Source of the DNA: an uncultured virus (IMG/VR IMGVR_UViG_3300047319_001119)
Taxonomy: Duplodnaviria > Heunggongvirae > Uroviricota > Caudoviricetes
Length of the DNA stretch: 64,000 nt
Virus record (IMG/VR): IMGVR_UViG_3300047319_001119
Strand: one strand, 5' to 3'
The notes below the pieces were generated by a model. That model saw only the letters and a list, made by a program, of their open reading frames with translations, had not been told where the DNA came from and searched no databases. Position 1 is the first letter of the stretch. The number at the start of each line of letters is the position of its first letter. Positions 17,476-30,000 of the stretch are shown here, in pieces. The position numbers and the translations under genes are program-made.

Positions 17476-17799
17476 CTATTTGCGTTCGAGGGTGAGCAGG
17501 CGCTCTTTCAGGTCGGCCATTTCCTTGTCGTATATCTCTTGCCGCAATTTCTCCATGGTGGCTTCCTGTCGCGCCTGTGTTCGCAGGTATTCATCGTGAA
17601 ACAGCTTAAAAGAAGTCGTGCCTTGGCTGTCCATGCGCTCGATGCGCGGCGCGGTTTCAGTTTTCCAATCTACGACCTCAGCGATTTTGTTGGTGCGCTG
17701 ACCGACTCCATAAAAGAACCCAAGCACGCCAACGGCAGCAATAACAATCGGCAAACCAATAGCCAGCCACCTTGCTTTGCCGTTACCGTTCTCAGCCAC
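17476..17799 (-). CDS. single-TM coiled-coil protein, possible holin/lysis accessory
   Basis: Hydrophobic WLAIGLPIVIAAVGVLGFFYGVG then coiled coil; close to the endolysin. Confidence 0.5.
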   Translation of the reverse strand: MAENGNGKARWLAIGLPIVIAAVGVLGFFYGVGQRTNKIAEVVDWKTETAPRIERMDSQGTTSFKLFHDEYLRTQARQEATMEKLRQEIYDKEMADLKERLLTLERK

Positions 17800-17835
17800 G
17801 CCAGCGCCACTGGCGAAACGAGGCGCTTAATGCAA
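17800..17835 (-). promoter_or_regulatory. putative late leaderless promoter
   Basis: TTGCAT-N17-CAGTGG-cgctggc-GTG. Confidence 0.5.
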
Positions 17836-17896
17836 GAAAGAAAGTGGCGCGGGGTGTCGCGGGGCTTTCCCTCCCGCCTGACAGAAGCCCGCGCCG
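17836..17896 (-). terminator. long GC hairpin, likely terminator
   Basis: GGCGCGGG...CCCGCGCC outer stem with inner TGTC/GACA and GCGG/CCGC pairs, followed by ACTTTCTTTC on the minus strand. Confidence 0.45.
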
Positions 17897-17918
17897 ATTC
17901 TCGGCGTGTATGGGTTGA

Positions 17919-18170
17919 TTAGAGCTTGAGGTTGTCAGCCGTTGGTTCGACCACTGGGCTGGCGGGATCGTAACTGTGCGGGTAGGGATTGGGGTTCCCG
18001 ATGCGTTTCAAATCCATGCCCAGCCACATAATGCACTCCTGTAACTTGGTGATCGCCAGAGCGCGCTCACGGCTCGGAGAAAGTTCCTTCAACACCTGCA
18101 ACTGCTCATCGAGATTTTTGCGCAGTTGCTTGTCGGCTTTGATGTTCTCGTCGTTTGGTACTTCAGTCAT
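17919..18170 (-). CDS. Acb2/Tad1-like helical hairpin protein (possible nucleotide-signal sponge)
   Basis: SRERALAITKLQECIMW resembles the Tad1 SRENACALTHVEEALMW helix. Confidence 0.6.
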   Translation of the reverse strand: MTEVPNDENIKADKQLRKNLDEQLQVLKELSPSRERALAITKLQECIMWLGMDLKRIGNPNPYPHSYDPASPVVEPTADNLKL

Positions 18171-18171
18171 A

Positions 18172-18582
18172 TCAGTGGAGATCCAGCCGCGCGCGGATCA
18201 CTTCAAGGTGCGGATCCTTGGGGTTTAAGAGCCGTCGGTGTTCGAGTTCGCGCTCGTCGAGCCAGCGGGCGACTTTGCGCCACGTTTGGAACACACTGAG
18301 CAGCCGCGTGACCGCTTTGGGGGTGAATTGAGTAAGGTCAGTTTCTTCCAGAAGGTCACGAGATTCCTTGAAATTTCGTTCGACACAATTGGCTTGAAAC
18401 CACTGGAACGAGGGATGCTGCCTGAGGGTTTCGATGTGGGCGAGCTCGTCTTGGGCGAGAATGGAGTTGCGCTCTTTGGCGTCGGGTAGGTTTCCTGAGG
18501 CATCGGTCTTGAATCCTTCGCTAACCGCTCTGGTAAGTTCAGCATCGCTTAAGCGTCGAATTTCCTCAGCCACACCGATCAC
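18172..18582 (-). CDS. hypothetical protein downstream of portal
   Basis: 136-aa helical ORF overlapping the portal stop. Confidence 0.65.
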   Translation of the reverse strand: MIGVAEEIRRLSDAELTRAVSEGFKTDASGNLPDAKERNSILAQDELAHIETLRQHPSFQWFQANCVERNFKESRDLLEETDLTQFTPKAVTRLLSVFQTWRKVARWLDERELEHRRLLNPKDPHLEVIRARLDLH

Positions 18583-21077
18583 TTATTGCTTTTGTCGCCA
18601 TTTGTCGAGGCTTTCGGTGCAATCTTCGCCGCCGCAGCCTTGGCGTGAGCGACTTCGATGGTCTGGCGCATACCGATCTGGTGCTTCTGTTCGCTGGCAT
18701 GAGCCGAGAGCGCGGCGTCATGCTGCGACACCGAAGCCTTGAGATGCGATTCCTGAACCTTTTGTCCCATCTTTTGCTGAAACTGCTGATCGTTTTGCTG
18801 CATCTTCTGCTGGTGTTCCTGAGCCGACTGCTCCGCTTCCTGCTGGGGATCGGGTTGCCCGGCGGTTTTCTCCTGAGTTTTGATCGCCAGATCGGTCATC
18901 ACCTTGGCCGCGACTTCCTGATCGCTGCCCGGTTGGAGTCCCTCACGCTGTAGCACCTGCACCTGTTCGCTCCGGAGAAGATCGGGGTACTTAGTAGCGA
19001 TCGACGTCTTGGGCGGCAATTTCGCGGCCTGCGCCTGTTCCTGCTTCCATTGCTGCACTTCTTCTTCGCTTACGATCCGCAGGAGCTTGTCGGCGTCCTG
19101 CACTTCGAGCGCCCTTAATTGGCGCACGTATTCGGGCCGCAGGAGATTTTGTTCTTCTGGATTAAGAGCCTCGTAGTACTCGCGGCAGAGTTGAACCACC
19201 ATGCGTGCAGTTTCAATAGTTTCGGTAGATCGTGAGCGGGTAAGGAGTAGCCGTGTGTGTCGACCAAGGTTACGGATTTCCTCACGACTGAGGGAGAGAA
19301 GCGCGTTTGTTTCATCGTCATACAGAACCTCGTTCGGGTCCATGTGTTCTAGTGCAATGTCGACGACCTGGTCGAGAACCAGCGCCACCGCCTCGGCCTG
19401 ACTCCCCTCGGTTTCCTTCATCAGGACATTGGCCGTTCTCTCGAGCGATTTGATCCCCGTGGCGAGCTTGGTTGTATCCAAGCCCGCCATGTTACCATCA
19501 TCGGGACCGACCATTCCCACCTCAGTCGAACTGGCTTGCAGCATCAACTCAATCAGCTTCATGGCGAACTCATCAATCTCGGTGAGTTGCACCTGAAAAA
19601 GTGGCGGATTCGAGGCGGTGAAGCGCGGATCGTCAATGTCCAGCACCTGATCGTCACCGAACACCAGTTCCTGACCGGCCTTCCACTGGCTAACCGAGTT
19701 GCGGTTGCGGAAGCGCACGGAGCTGTTCTTGCTGGACTTGAAGTTGACGCGGTTAAACTGCGTGTCGATGTACATCTGCTTATGATCGAGCATCGTGAAC
19801 ACGCCCACGCCGTACCACCTGTTGGGAACCTTCTCGATGCCGGTGATGACCTCGAATGGACGTTTTTTCAGGTGCGCCCCGAGATAATCATACCAGATCG
19901 CTTTTTTGGCCTTGCGATCGAGGATCAGCCAAATCTCCTCCTCGATGCCGTCGTCGTCGACGTCCATCCTCATGTAGCAGTCCGCGCAGTTGACGATCTT
20001 TAGCGCCTGACTACCGGCCTCGACTTCGCCCTGCACTTCCTGCTTGCTCTCCTTCGCGCTTTTCTCGCCGCTCATGTAGGGCTGGTTCACGTAGTCTTTG
20101 CTGACCTCGAACATTCCGTAGGTGGCGACGAGGCGCTCCCACTGTTCGTCATACAGGTGAACGCAAATGTCGGCCTCGTGGACACTGGCCGCGTTGAGCG
20201 GGCAAAGGAAATCTCGGAAGTCCACGCAGCGCAGATCCACTCCGTCCTGATGGATCAGCGTCTGGTCGAGGGAAGGAAAGTCCTCATACTCCGGCGTGTT
20301 CCGGATCTGGACGTTCGGCTCCTTGCGTAACCGGAACTGCCCTTCTACGGCCGGATCGGGAATAAAGTCGTCGTTCTCGTAGATGTAGCCTTGCGCCGGA
20401 GTCATTACCGGTTCCCCCGGAGGCGTGAAAACTTCGCCCTGTGGTCCGACATAAACGTAGGGACCAACAGCCACGCGAGCTGGCCCGCGGAACTTGGTGA
20501 CGTTCGCCACGTACGTCGGTTTCACTACCTGCTCGTCGATGATGAGCGCCTGCTTCAAGCCCTCGGCCAACGAGCGTTTCACGTTGGTCTTGCGCAACTT
20601 CATCTGGAGAAACTTCTCCGCGCTCTTGGCAAGCTCGGCGTCCTCGGCGCTCACCGCTTCGGGCATGATTGCGAAGAAAGGCTCCGTGCCGATCAAGTCG
20701 TCGCGTGATTTGGCCGACATGAGCCGCGCGTAACGCTTGGAAATGTTGATCGAGAAATTGGAGTAAGCGAAGATACCGCCCAGCGCCAACCGCCAATGCC
20801 ACTCGTTGTCGTACTGGTCTTGGTTCTTCTGCTTGATGCCCATCCAGCGCGTCGGATCCACGCGGCCTGTCCCATCGAGATAAAGCCCCATCTGAGAGGA
20901 AAGCTCGTCGATCCGCAGGCAGGCGCGTTCTTCCATCGCTCTGATCTGGCTCTCGGTGAGTTGCAGATTGGTCTTGATCGGCTGGATACCCTCAAGCGGG
21001 TTGATCTCGGGCGGTCCCTGATTGTCCTCCACTCCCGGCGCCGTCATGTCGCCGCCTGTCTTTGGTGCCATTGCCAT
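18579..21077 (-). CDS. portal protein
   Basis: 832 aa; PF...PNRWYGVGV...QMYIDTQFNR pattern, ATGI motif, Gln-rich coiled C-terminus; lies between TerL and scaffold/MCP. Confidence 0.75.
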   Translation of the reverse strand: MAMAPKTGGDMTAPGVEDNQGPPEINPLEGIQPIKTNLQLTESQIRAMEERACLRIDELSSQMGLYLDGTGRVDPTRWMGIKQKNQDQYDNEWHWRLALGGIFAYSNFSINISKRYARLMSAKSRDDLIGTEPFFAIMPEAVSAEDAELAKSAEKFLQMKLRKTNVKRSLAEGLKQALIIDEQVVKPTYVANVTKFRGPARVAVGPYVYVGPQGEVFTPPGEPVMTPAQGYIYENDDFIPDPAVEGQFRLRKEPNVQIRNTPEYEDFPSLDQTLIHQDGVDLRCVDFRDFLCPLNAASVHEADICVHLYDEQWERLVATYGMFEVSKDYVNQPYMSGEKSAKESKQEVQGEVEAGSQALKIVNCADCYMRMDVDDDGIEEEIWLILDRKAKKAIWYDYLGAHLKKRPFEVITGIEKVPNRWYGVGVFTMLDHKQMYIDTQFNRVNFKSSKNSSVRFRNRNSVSQWKAGQELVFGDDQVLDIDDPRFTASNPPLFQVQLTEIDEFAMKLIELMLQASSTEVGMVGPDDGNMAGLDTTKLATGIKSLERTANVLMKETEGSQAEAVALVLDQVVDIALEHMDPNEVLYDDETNALLSLSREEIRNLGRHTRLLLTRSRSTETIETARMVVQLCREYYEALNPEEQNLLRPEYVRQLRALEVQDADKLLRIVSEEEVQQWKQEQAQAAKLPPKTSIATKYPDLLRSEQVQVLQREGLQPGSDQEVAAKVMTDLAIKTQEKTAGQPDPQQEAEQSAQEHQQKMQQNDQQFQQKMGQKVQESHLKASVSQHDAALSAHASEQKHQIGMRQTIEVAHAKAAAAKIAPKASTNGDKSNK

Positions 21078-21079
21078 AG

Positions 21080-24000
21080 TTAAAAGCCGGTGTACATCGT
21101 TCTTCCGCTACGGCGTAGGGCGTTTGCACGCTTGCGCGCTAAAATGCCAGCCAATTCGCGTTTCTCGCTCACGTTCGCTTTGGCGTAGACCTTTTCAGCG
21201 TCCTCTAAGCTCATCTTGTCGATGCCAGAAGCCAGCGCCCCCATCTGCGCCCGCTTATAGAGCGCGGGTATATCTTTGGGTTTGAGTGTTCCCTTCTTGA
21301 GTGCCTCGGGGATATTGACGCTCTGGCCGTGCCGGAGTTTGCTCACCAGCTCGCGCTTTCCCTTCTGGATCTCGAACTGCTCGGGCTTGATGCCTTCCTC
21401 GGTGCGCTGGCCTTTCCAGTACTTCTCGACCTGTTGCTCCGCTGGCGTCTGACCGATGTAGCGCGGAGCGGGGTTCACTCCGAAAAGCGCACCCACCTTG
21501 CGGATCGTGTTCTCCTGGTTTGCGCTCAGATTCTTGTAGCCGCGCACACTGAACGGGAGCAACGACTCCGCGGCGTGTTTCCCCATCTGTAACGCCTGCT
21601 TGGTCGCCGGAGCGTCAGTGTCCCTGATCTGAACGCCGTAGTAATCCTTGTTGGAAAGCATTTCAGCCACGCGACCAATCCAGCCGGCCAATGACGCTTT
21701 CACGTAGCCGGTAGGCGAGTGAACCAAGTGAACCAGATCCTTGAAGTACGTCGGGATCGACACGCGCACACTCGAATCGTTCGGGTCGATGCGCGGGAAA
21801 ACAACGTCCGTGAGATTCTTCGGTGTATGCCGCCCGAGCGCCTTCGAGATCACTATTCCGATCGCTGCCGTCAGAAGGAAGATGCCGAATAGCCACGCCA
21901 TGTTCCGGTGGAGTTGCGGTGCGCGGCGCTCCTTGAAAGCGTCAATGAACTCTTTTCCCTGTCCCGCAGCCGCGCGACCGAACGCCTCGATGGAACCGAA
22001 CTTCCACGTGACCGATCGGAACATGAGCTGCATTGCGGCCTTGAACGTCTGGTTCCAGAACAGCGTATCGTAATTGAGTTCCCCGAATCGATCCTCGATC
22101 AGACGCCACACCTTCCGCGCGACCTCGGTATCGCTAGGCCGGTCATAGCGGCGACCTTGTCGGTCCACGTAGTAACCCTGCTTGCCGTTGTATCGCAGCC
22201 AATTCTGGCGCAGCGCCTCGCGCATTTCGGTAACGAACTGGCCGACTTTGAGATTGGGAATGAACCTGTCGAAAAGCGGGCCCATCATAAACTCGGCAGC
22301 AGCGGGCGCAGCTCGCAGTCCCGCGCCCACGTAATTCTTCGAGTTGCCTTCCTTCAAATCTTTGAGCGAATCCATGAAGGCGCGCACCGACTGATTCTTC
22401 CAATCGGCTTCGACTTCGTTCGGCTTCCAGCCACCAGAGAATAGGTAGCCAATCATTTCTCGCGCATCAGGGTGAACCTTGAGAAACGCTTTGCCTTCCG
22501 GCGTATCGAAAAACTCATCAGCCTTACCGGCCATTTCGCGGAACCGTGAACCGAGATTCGCCACCGTGATCGGCGTAGCCGGTGACTTGATGATGTTCAC
22601 CATTCCCTGCACCAGCCCGCTCGTGTCCCCGCCGATCATTCCGCGGTTATACATCTGGCTCAAGCCCAGCCCGACATTGGACGCCACGGTTTCCAAGGTT
22701 TCAAACACGCCGTGGAACAGGGAGAACATCAGTTCGACGCTGGTCGTAGCGTTCTTGATCCACATCAGACCGCGCCCTGTCTTGGTCTGGCGAATCAGAT
22801 CGCGCGAAAGAAAGTTGTTAAGCAACCGGCCAAAACCCTCGTCCATCGCGTACTTCCCGCCGTGGACAAGTCCCTCGCCGCTCTCGGCAGGGAACCAGAC
22901 GTCCGCGATTGAATCCTCCAGCCACGACATTCCGCTAGGCAATTTCGGGAACGCTCCGCGCACGAAAGTCGCGTGACCGTTGTCCTTTGCCCACGCCCAT
23001 AGCTTGAGCGCAGTCGTGTATTTCCAAATGTCGGCCAGCGCCATTTTCAAGTTGACGATCGGGTTGTAGGAGAAAGGGATGCCACCGGCGTCTATGCCTT
23101 CGCTCATGTTGGCGAGCGTGTGCTGCTTCGCCATTCCGCGCGATCCGCGCAGCGGGCTACGGCCTCCGCGCCGACCTTCCGTGTCTGGATGATTGGGAAT
23201 CGTTTTCCACATCACGCGGTAGTGATTCTCCAGCCACGCCACCGGATTGTTCTTCATGCCAGCGGCAACTGCGGCGTCAGTCAACGCTTCCCACGATGCG
23301 GTATCGACCTTGCGAATGAAGTCGGCGGCTTCCTGTAGCTCCGGTGTCGGCTGCGGATTGCCCTCCTTAACTCGATCAACGAAGGTAATCAGTTCCGTTC
23401 GATGCATCGAATTGAACATCTTTTCAAACGCCTCGCCCGTGCGATCGACGATGTAAGCGACCTGATTCCGGTCGCCCATCAGCCCGTGAACCTTGTCCAG
23501 AATGTCCTTGTTCACGCCGTAGGTAGGCGTCAGCACCTTGGCGACCGTGTTGAGGATCTCACCCGCCGTAGCTTTAACGTTCTTGACGAGCGGTCTTACG
23601 TCCTCATTCCAATAGTCGCGCGCGAACGCTGGCGTCGAAGCCATGATCGGACCAAATAGCGGTCCGTATTCTATATCCCTCGATTCAAGCGCGAGAACTG
23701 GTCCCTTGCCAAGCTGACCTTCTTCCTGCCCACGTTTCCAAGCCTGCCGTCGAGTTAGGAACTCACCTTCGTTCGTTACAAACCCCATGCCTTTCTCGGT
23801 CAACAAATCCCGTCCCAATCGCTCTGAAATCTTCCAGTGCGGCTCTAGGAACCCACCCTCATGCACTTTGCCCGATGAATCTTTGTACGCCGCAGCTTTG
23901 ACCGCTCGCGGGTTATTCGGCTGTGACGCCATGAGCGGGCCTTGGGGATTGCCACCTGGTGTCACTGGCCGGTTGAAGAACAGCGGTGTCGCAAGATCCG

Positions 24001-27000
24001 GATCAGCGCCGGTGACACGGCTAAAGACCTGACTGAGCGCGTTGGAACCGAACTTGGCTACGAAATTCGAGCCTTTCTGCTCGAAATTGCGGTCGTTCAT
24101 CAGATTCCGAAGCCGCTGATCCCCCCAAAACGCGAGGCCCACCGCTCGACCAGCAGGTACGCGCATTTCGTACACACCCGGCGAGCGCCTGAGGAAACTC
24201 ACCTTCTGATTACGCGATACGACCGTTTTCCCATCATCGAGCAGTTGCCTGAAATGCTGGTGATCGGTAACCGCTTCCAGCCCCGAAGCGGTACGCGGAT
24301 TCCAGTTAGCAGGCATCAGGTAGCCCTGCTTCACGTTGCCCTTGTTGTCGGTGTAGGTGATGATCCGCGCGTTCTGGACCTGCCCCATGTTCACGCTGGC
24401 CGCGAGCAGGTTGCCGGTGATGATGTAAAACTCGTTGGAGCGTTGAGCGTTTTCCTCGTAAGCCTCAACGAAGTGTTCCCTCGGAAACGTTCTGGCATCC
24501 TCACTGAGCTGAGTTGCGGCCATGTGGATCTGGCGCTGATTGGAATTAACCCACACCGTGAACTTCTGTTTGCTCGGAGTAAGCGGAGCATCCAAGTCCA
24601 GCTTGGCCTCGACAACCGCGCCATGAACGTCGAGGCCGCGGGTATTGTGAATGTGAACCGTTTCGCCCAATAGCCGAAGCGAGTTGTCGATCATCTGTTG
24701 AGCGTTGCGCATCCGCTCCCGCCAGTTTTTCAGCTTGTCGTCGTCACCGCGCAGACTCCGCACGTAATCTTCCTTGGACGGAAAGGCTTTAGCAGCTTCC
24801 TCCTCGGCAGGAGTTAGGTTTTCGGCCTCAAGGGTGACGCGACGATCCGCTTCGGCCTGCATGAACTCCCGTGCTTTGGTACGCCACTGAGCTTGCAACG
24901 CAGTAGCTTCTTCCCGTAGCACCCTGCCAGCTTCGAGCAGAACGTCGTTGCCGCTGCGAGGCATCTTGCCCATTTCCGCTTTCACCCTTTCGAGTGTGCT
25001 GGGACCATCAAAGGCGCTCGTAGGATTCGGGTTGCCTGCCGTGTACTCACTGGTATCAAGCGTTTCGGCTTTCAGATCCTCGTGTGACGCGATCAAGGCG
25101 TTGAGGCCGTTCTCGGTCAGATAGGTGATGAGAACTTCGTACTCTCTATTGACGTAATCCCAAAACGCTTCGCCTTGAGCGGTTGGCAGAATCGCCAGAC
25201 GCCCCGTTACCCTTGCGACAAGCTCGCCATCAGCTATATCCAGCGCCTCCAGCGGCCGCAAATTGCCCCTGCGATCAAAGAGCAAGCTGTCGTAATCAAG
25301 CATCCGCGCGAAATCCATGTCCTGCGCCAGATAACGCCAGACCACTTCATCCCCGTATTGGTTGAAGATGTCCGAGTCCTGCTTCTTCATTTCGTTCTTG
25401 GCGTTACTCGTCGTGTTGGCGTTGAGGGACGCCATTTTGCGCTCAAGAACCGCAGCCGGCCGTAACTCGGCGGGAATATCTGTCTGGATAACCTCGAAGA
25501 ACGGTGGCTGCTGCTGGCCGGTGCGATCGATGCGCCACAGGCTTTGCATGAAATCGTCAATCGCCAGATGCGGTTGCACGATCAGCATCGCCCGCTGCTC
25601 CTGGTTTTTGAATTTGATGCTCGAATGCAGGCTGATGCCGGTCGAACCGCTGGAGTTCATTATCAGGAACTGCGCGTCCCTGAAATTAAACTCCTTCATG
25701 TACTCGATTTGCGCCTTCTTGGAGTTCTCGGCTCCGCTGATCGAGTAGATCGAGCCGTCTTTGCGCACCCCCTTACCGCGCCCTGTCAATTCAACCGTCC
25801 TGATTCCGGCGTCCTCCATCGCGTCACGCATGTAGTCGATGGGCGAAATCGGCATATCGCCCAAATCAAGCGTTTCGAGGAACTCTTTAACGACCAGAAT
25901 GAGCGCGTTCGCGCGCCTGCGGAAGTACTCCTCGATTACCGGCTTATTCCAAACCGGAACGCGCGTACCGTCCGGAGCTGTTTCGGCGGTCATCATCATG
26001 CCTTCGAGTGAGCGATCGCTGAATTGCGCCAGTTCCTCGTTTGGCTTATCGCTGATGTAAAATGTTGTGGCGGTCGGACCTTTGCCGCTTGTCAGCGTGC
26101 GCTGCCTATCGAGGTAGCGCATCAAAAGACCGTTGAAACTGATCGGATAATTACCCTGCTCCAACGCCTCGATCGCGCTTTCCATTGTGTTCTGGACGGT
26201 CACGACAACACGACGCTTCTGACGGTTAGGATCGGTCCCATCTTCGGGTGGCGGGCCTCCGTCGATGTGATAAAGCGCGCGTTCAACCGCGGCCTTGGAC
26301 TTGATCGAAAGCAGATACTGGCTGACCAGGTTGTGGATAATCGCTGCGAAATTGGTGCTCGAAAGGCGCGGCGCCGAAGGCAACCCGAGTTGTGTGCCGG
26401 TGTGCCTCAGAATCTCGTTCAGCGCGTCAACGAGGTCTTTAATGTCGTTGGACAGACCGAGAATCCGGCGCAGCCCGCTCGTGTAGGTATCGGCCAACTC
26501 ACGGTCACGATCCTTGGTTTCGACGTTGATGTGCGTTCGGTAGGTGCTTTTTCCGAAATCGCGCTCCCGCCGCATGTACAGACCGTCATCGGACAGCATG
26601 GATGACACCGCTTGTTGCAACGGGACGCCGCCTTGCTGCATCGCATCGGTCAAATCCTGCATCGTGTGCGCCGCGCGCGAGAGCGTGGTCTTGAAGTAGA
26701 TGCCGATGTTGTCCGGTCGCTTCGCGTAGGTGGCGCTGGAATAATACGCAGCTTTTGATGCCGCTAGGAGCGGTGAGAGTCGCCACGCTCTGATACTATC
26801 GCCAGAAGCAAGGTGGCTCTCGTCGAGAATGAACATCGCGTTCGGCGCGATCGCCCGCAGCATTTCCATCCTGGAGCCATCCGGTGGCGGTTGGCGTTGC
26901 CTTTTCATCTGTGCCCTTATCTGTCTGCTCGGTTGCGTGTAGCCTGCGGGCAGATCGTTTTGGATCTGATCGTAGGAAGTGAAAATCATCTGGTACTCTT

Positions 27001-30000
27001 TGGGCAACGCCTTGGTGTCACGGACACCCTCAATTAGCGGCTTTTGCTTTTTGGTGCGCCAGATTCGTCCCTGATCGTCCTCAAACTTCTCGTTATTGTT
27101 GGTGATTAAGGGCACCAGATGCCCGCGGCCTACGTCATACAAGTCGTTGATCATCGCGGCATAGAGCTTTACGTCCTTAGTGAAAAAGACAGGGATCCAC
27201 CCGCGTTGCATGGCGTAAAGCATCATGCCTGCTGCAACGCGCCCTTTGCCGATGCCGCCTTGATCGCCAAGAATGAAAGCGAGCGGGTCTGGATGGGTTT
27301 CAGCGGCTTTAATCGCCAGCCCGAGCGCATCGATCTGTTCAGCCGAGAAATACAGTTCCTTGAAAGCCTTGGCCTCTTTATCCGAGTAGCCGATCTTCCG
27401 CATCACGTAGTTGTCGATGTTTTCCTCGAAGAACAGCTTGTTGAGAGCTTCGCGCTGCGGCGATTCCAGATTCGTCGGCGTTAAAATCTGGAAGGAGTTG
27501 TGCTTGCTCGTTGGTTTGTAGGGAACCCTATATTGAGGCGCTGGTTCGGGAAAATCCTTCCCCTGTGAACCGAGCTTGGCTGACGGATCTAGCTCCGGTG
27601 GCTTCGACGGCTTGATCCCAGCCACGATCTTCGGCCAATCGTGAGTAGCGCGAAGGTCTTTCTTGACCATGCCCATCGCGTCCCAAATCGCCTGCAAATA
27701 CTGATGCGCCGCTGGCGGGACCATTTCAGCCAACTTCTCCGGTGTGGTCACACCGGCAGCGATCATCGAGCGCGCGGCTTTTAGGAGTGCCGTGGTCTTT
27801 TCATCCGGCATATCCTTCTGGACCAGCGGCTCCGGAAACGGCTCGGAAGCCATGAGCCCGCCGAGTAGATCGTTGAGATCCTCTTGCGCCTTGTCTAGGC
27901 GTCCTCGTTGCTCATGTTCGCCAGTAGGCTCTCGTACACCTTCTCCCCCTGTAGATCCGGCGGCAGTTGTTCCGCCAGCCTCAGATCCTCCTCTTGGAGC
28001 AGGAACGGGTAATTTTCCAGCAGTTGGTGGAGCGCCTGTGACGCTTCCTCCTGATCCGAGTCCGGGAACAGGCGGTTCCCCATGTTGTGGTCGTTCAGAT
28101 CCTTCGCTAGGTTTCCTGAGCTTTCGGATAGCACCAAGTGCTCCGCTAACCTGTCCAGCAGCTTGCTCCGGCGTGAGTGTGCCTGCTGTGATTCTTTCAG
28201 CGTCGGTTCGGGCAAGCTCATTTTTCAGGTCATCCCAACTCGTTAGGATACGCGGCGCGTTGGCGCTTGGCAATTGAATTGGCGATTCGCCTCGGCCTCG
28301 GATCAGAACCACATCGACCGGCCAACCGGCGCCCTGCTTCTTGTAAAGCTCGCCGTCGACCGTGAAATGATCGATCACGCCGTAGGCTGCATAGAGGCGT
28401 TTCCAGAAGGCGCCGCGCTGCCCTTGCGCGTACCATTCCCTGCGGGCCTTGAGATCCTGCATCACCGCTCCGGTGTTTGTTCCCGGCCCGCCCACGATCA
28501 GGACCGCGCGCCCATCGTCGGCCAGCGACTTCAAAGACTCGAGAACGATCGCATGATCGATCTGCGTGGTTTGCACCCCATCCACGATGAACGTCTTGGT
28601 TTTGCCATCTTCCTGCACTGTGCCGAAAGGCGGGTTCATGGCTTCGCGGTCAGCCTTGATGTTGGGATGCCACTCAGAAGCGTCCTTCATCGTGACGACC
28701 TTGATCTTCTGCGACATTAACTCGGCTGCGCGCTGGTCGTTCAGCTCGTTAGCGAACACCTGTTGCGAACTCGAATCGGCCTCGATCAAGAGCATCCCGT
28801 TGCCCGCAGTCGGCTCGTAGATCTTCTTCCCGCCCTTAATGTCGGCCAGTTGCGAGGCGACATACGCCAGCGGGACCGGCGTGGAGTAAGCCTGGTCGAG
28901 CTTGCTGGTGGCAGTGCGCGCGGTCAGGTTCGGCTGGTTGTTATACATTTCGACCAGCCGGTCGAAGATCTCCTGCGGCGTTGCATTGCGCCGGCTGGCC
29001 TGCATATCGGTCGCCGCCTGCACGATTCCAGCTTCTGCGGCTTCGTCGGCCTGCTTGGCGGTAAGACCGTGTTTTTCGGCAAGCTCGGTTAACTCCGTGC
29101 GCGGAAACTTCTGACCGATCAACAACTTGGTAGCCACGGCGCTCCTGACTTCCTCGTGACCCTTCGGCATGGCGCCGCCTACCTCAGCGCCAATAATAGA
29201 TTCAGCGTGTCCTGTTTCCTTGTTCCACGTATGCGTAGGCGGCTCGTCGCTCTCGACAACGCGCATTTCCTTCGCGCCCATCCAACGGTTGAAAATTGTG
29301 CTGCCCGAAGCTGCGGCTTCCCACTGCTCCGCGAAGCGCAAACCGTTGCTCGTGTACCCCGAACCATCGTCGATCTCGGCTTTCCAACTGCCAACGGTCT
29401 TGGCTTTGGCGGGCTTCTCGGTTTTCCCTTCTACCGTAACGGTGAACTGCGGATTACCGGCGCGGATGCTGTCGACCGGAGCGGTGATCGTGATGCCGCG
29501 CGCGCTGATGTAGGCTTCGCCGCTCTTGTAGCTGTAGCCGCCGCCTTTGTCCTTGTAACCCTTGCTTAGACCGGCATCGAACCAAGTGCCGGTAACGTGA
29601 CCGAGTCCCTGATCGACCTTGAATATGTCGACCAGCTTGGTCTTGAGCCGCTGGATGAACTCGTCCTGCGGCATATTGGCGTCCGGTCCCATCGTGCGCT
29701 CGACCAGATCCAGCGGGAACCCTGTGCGCTCGGAGATCTCCTTGTTGGTTTCCTTCTTCTTGGGCTTCTCGCCGTATTTTCTGACCCTGTTTTGCTCAGT
29801 TGTTGAGGTATCGCCAGTGATTTCGCGGAAGCTGACGTCGCGCTTGGCCGCTTCCTCTTTGAACCAATTAACGTCGGCCTCCCCGCCACCTAACAAATGA
29901 ACCCCAATGGCAAGTTTCCGGCCTTTCTGACGATCCAGCCACGCTAAAACTTCCGCCTTCGTCCATGCCTTCGCATTAAACGGAATCCCGACGATCACTT

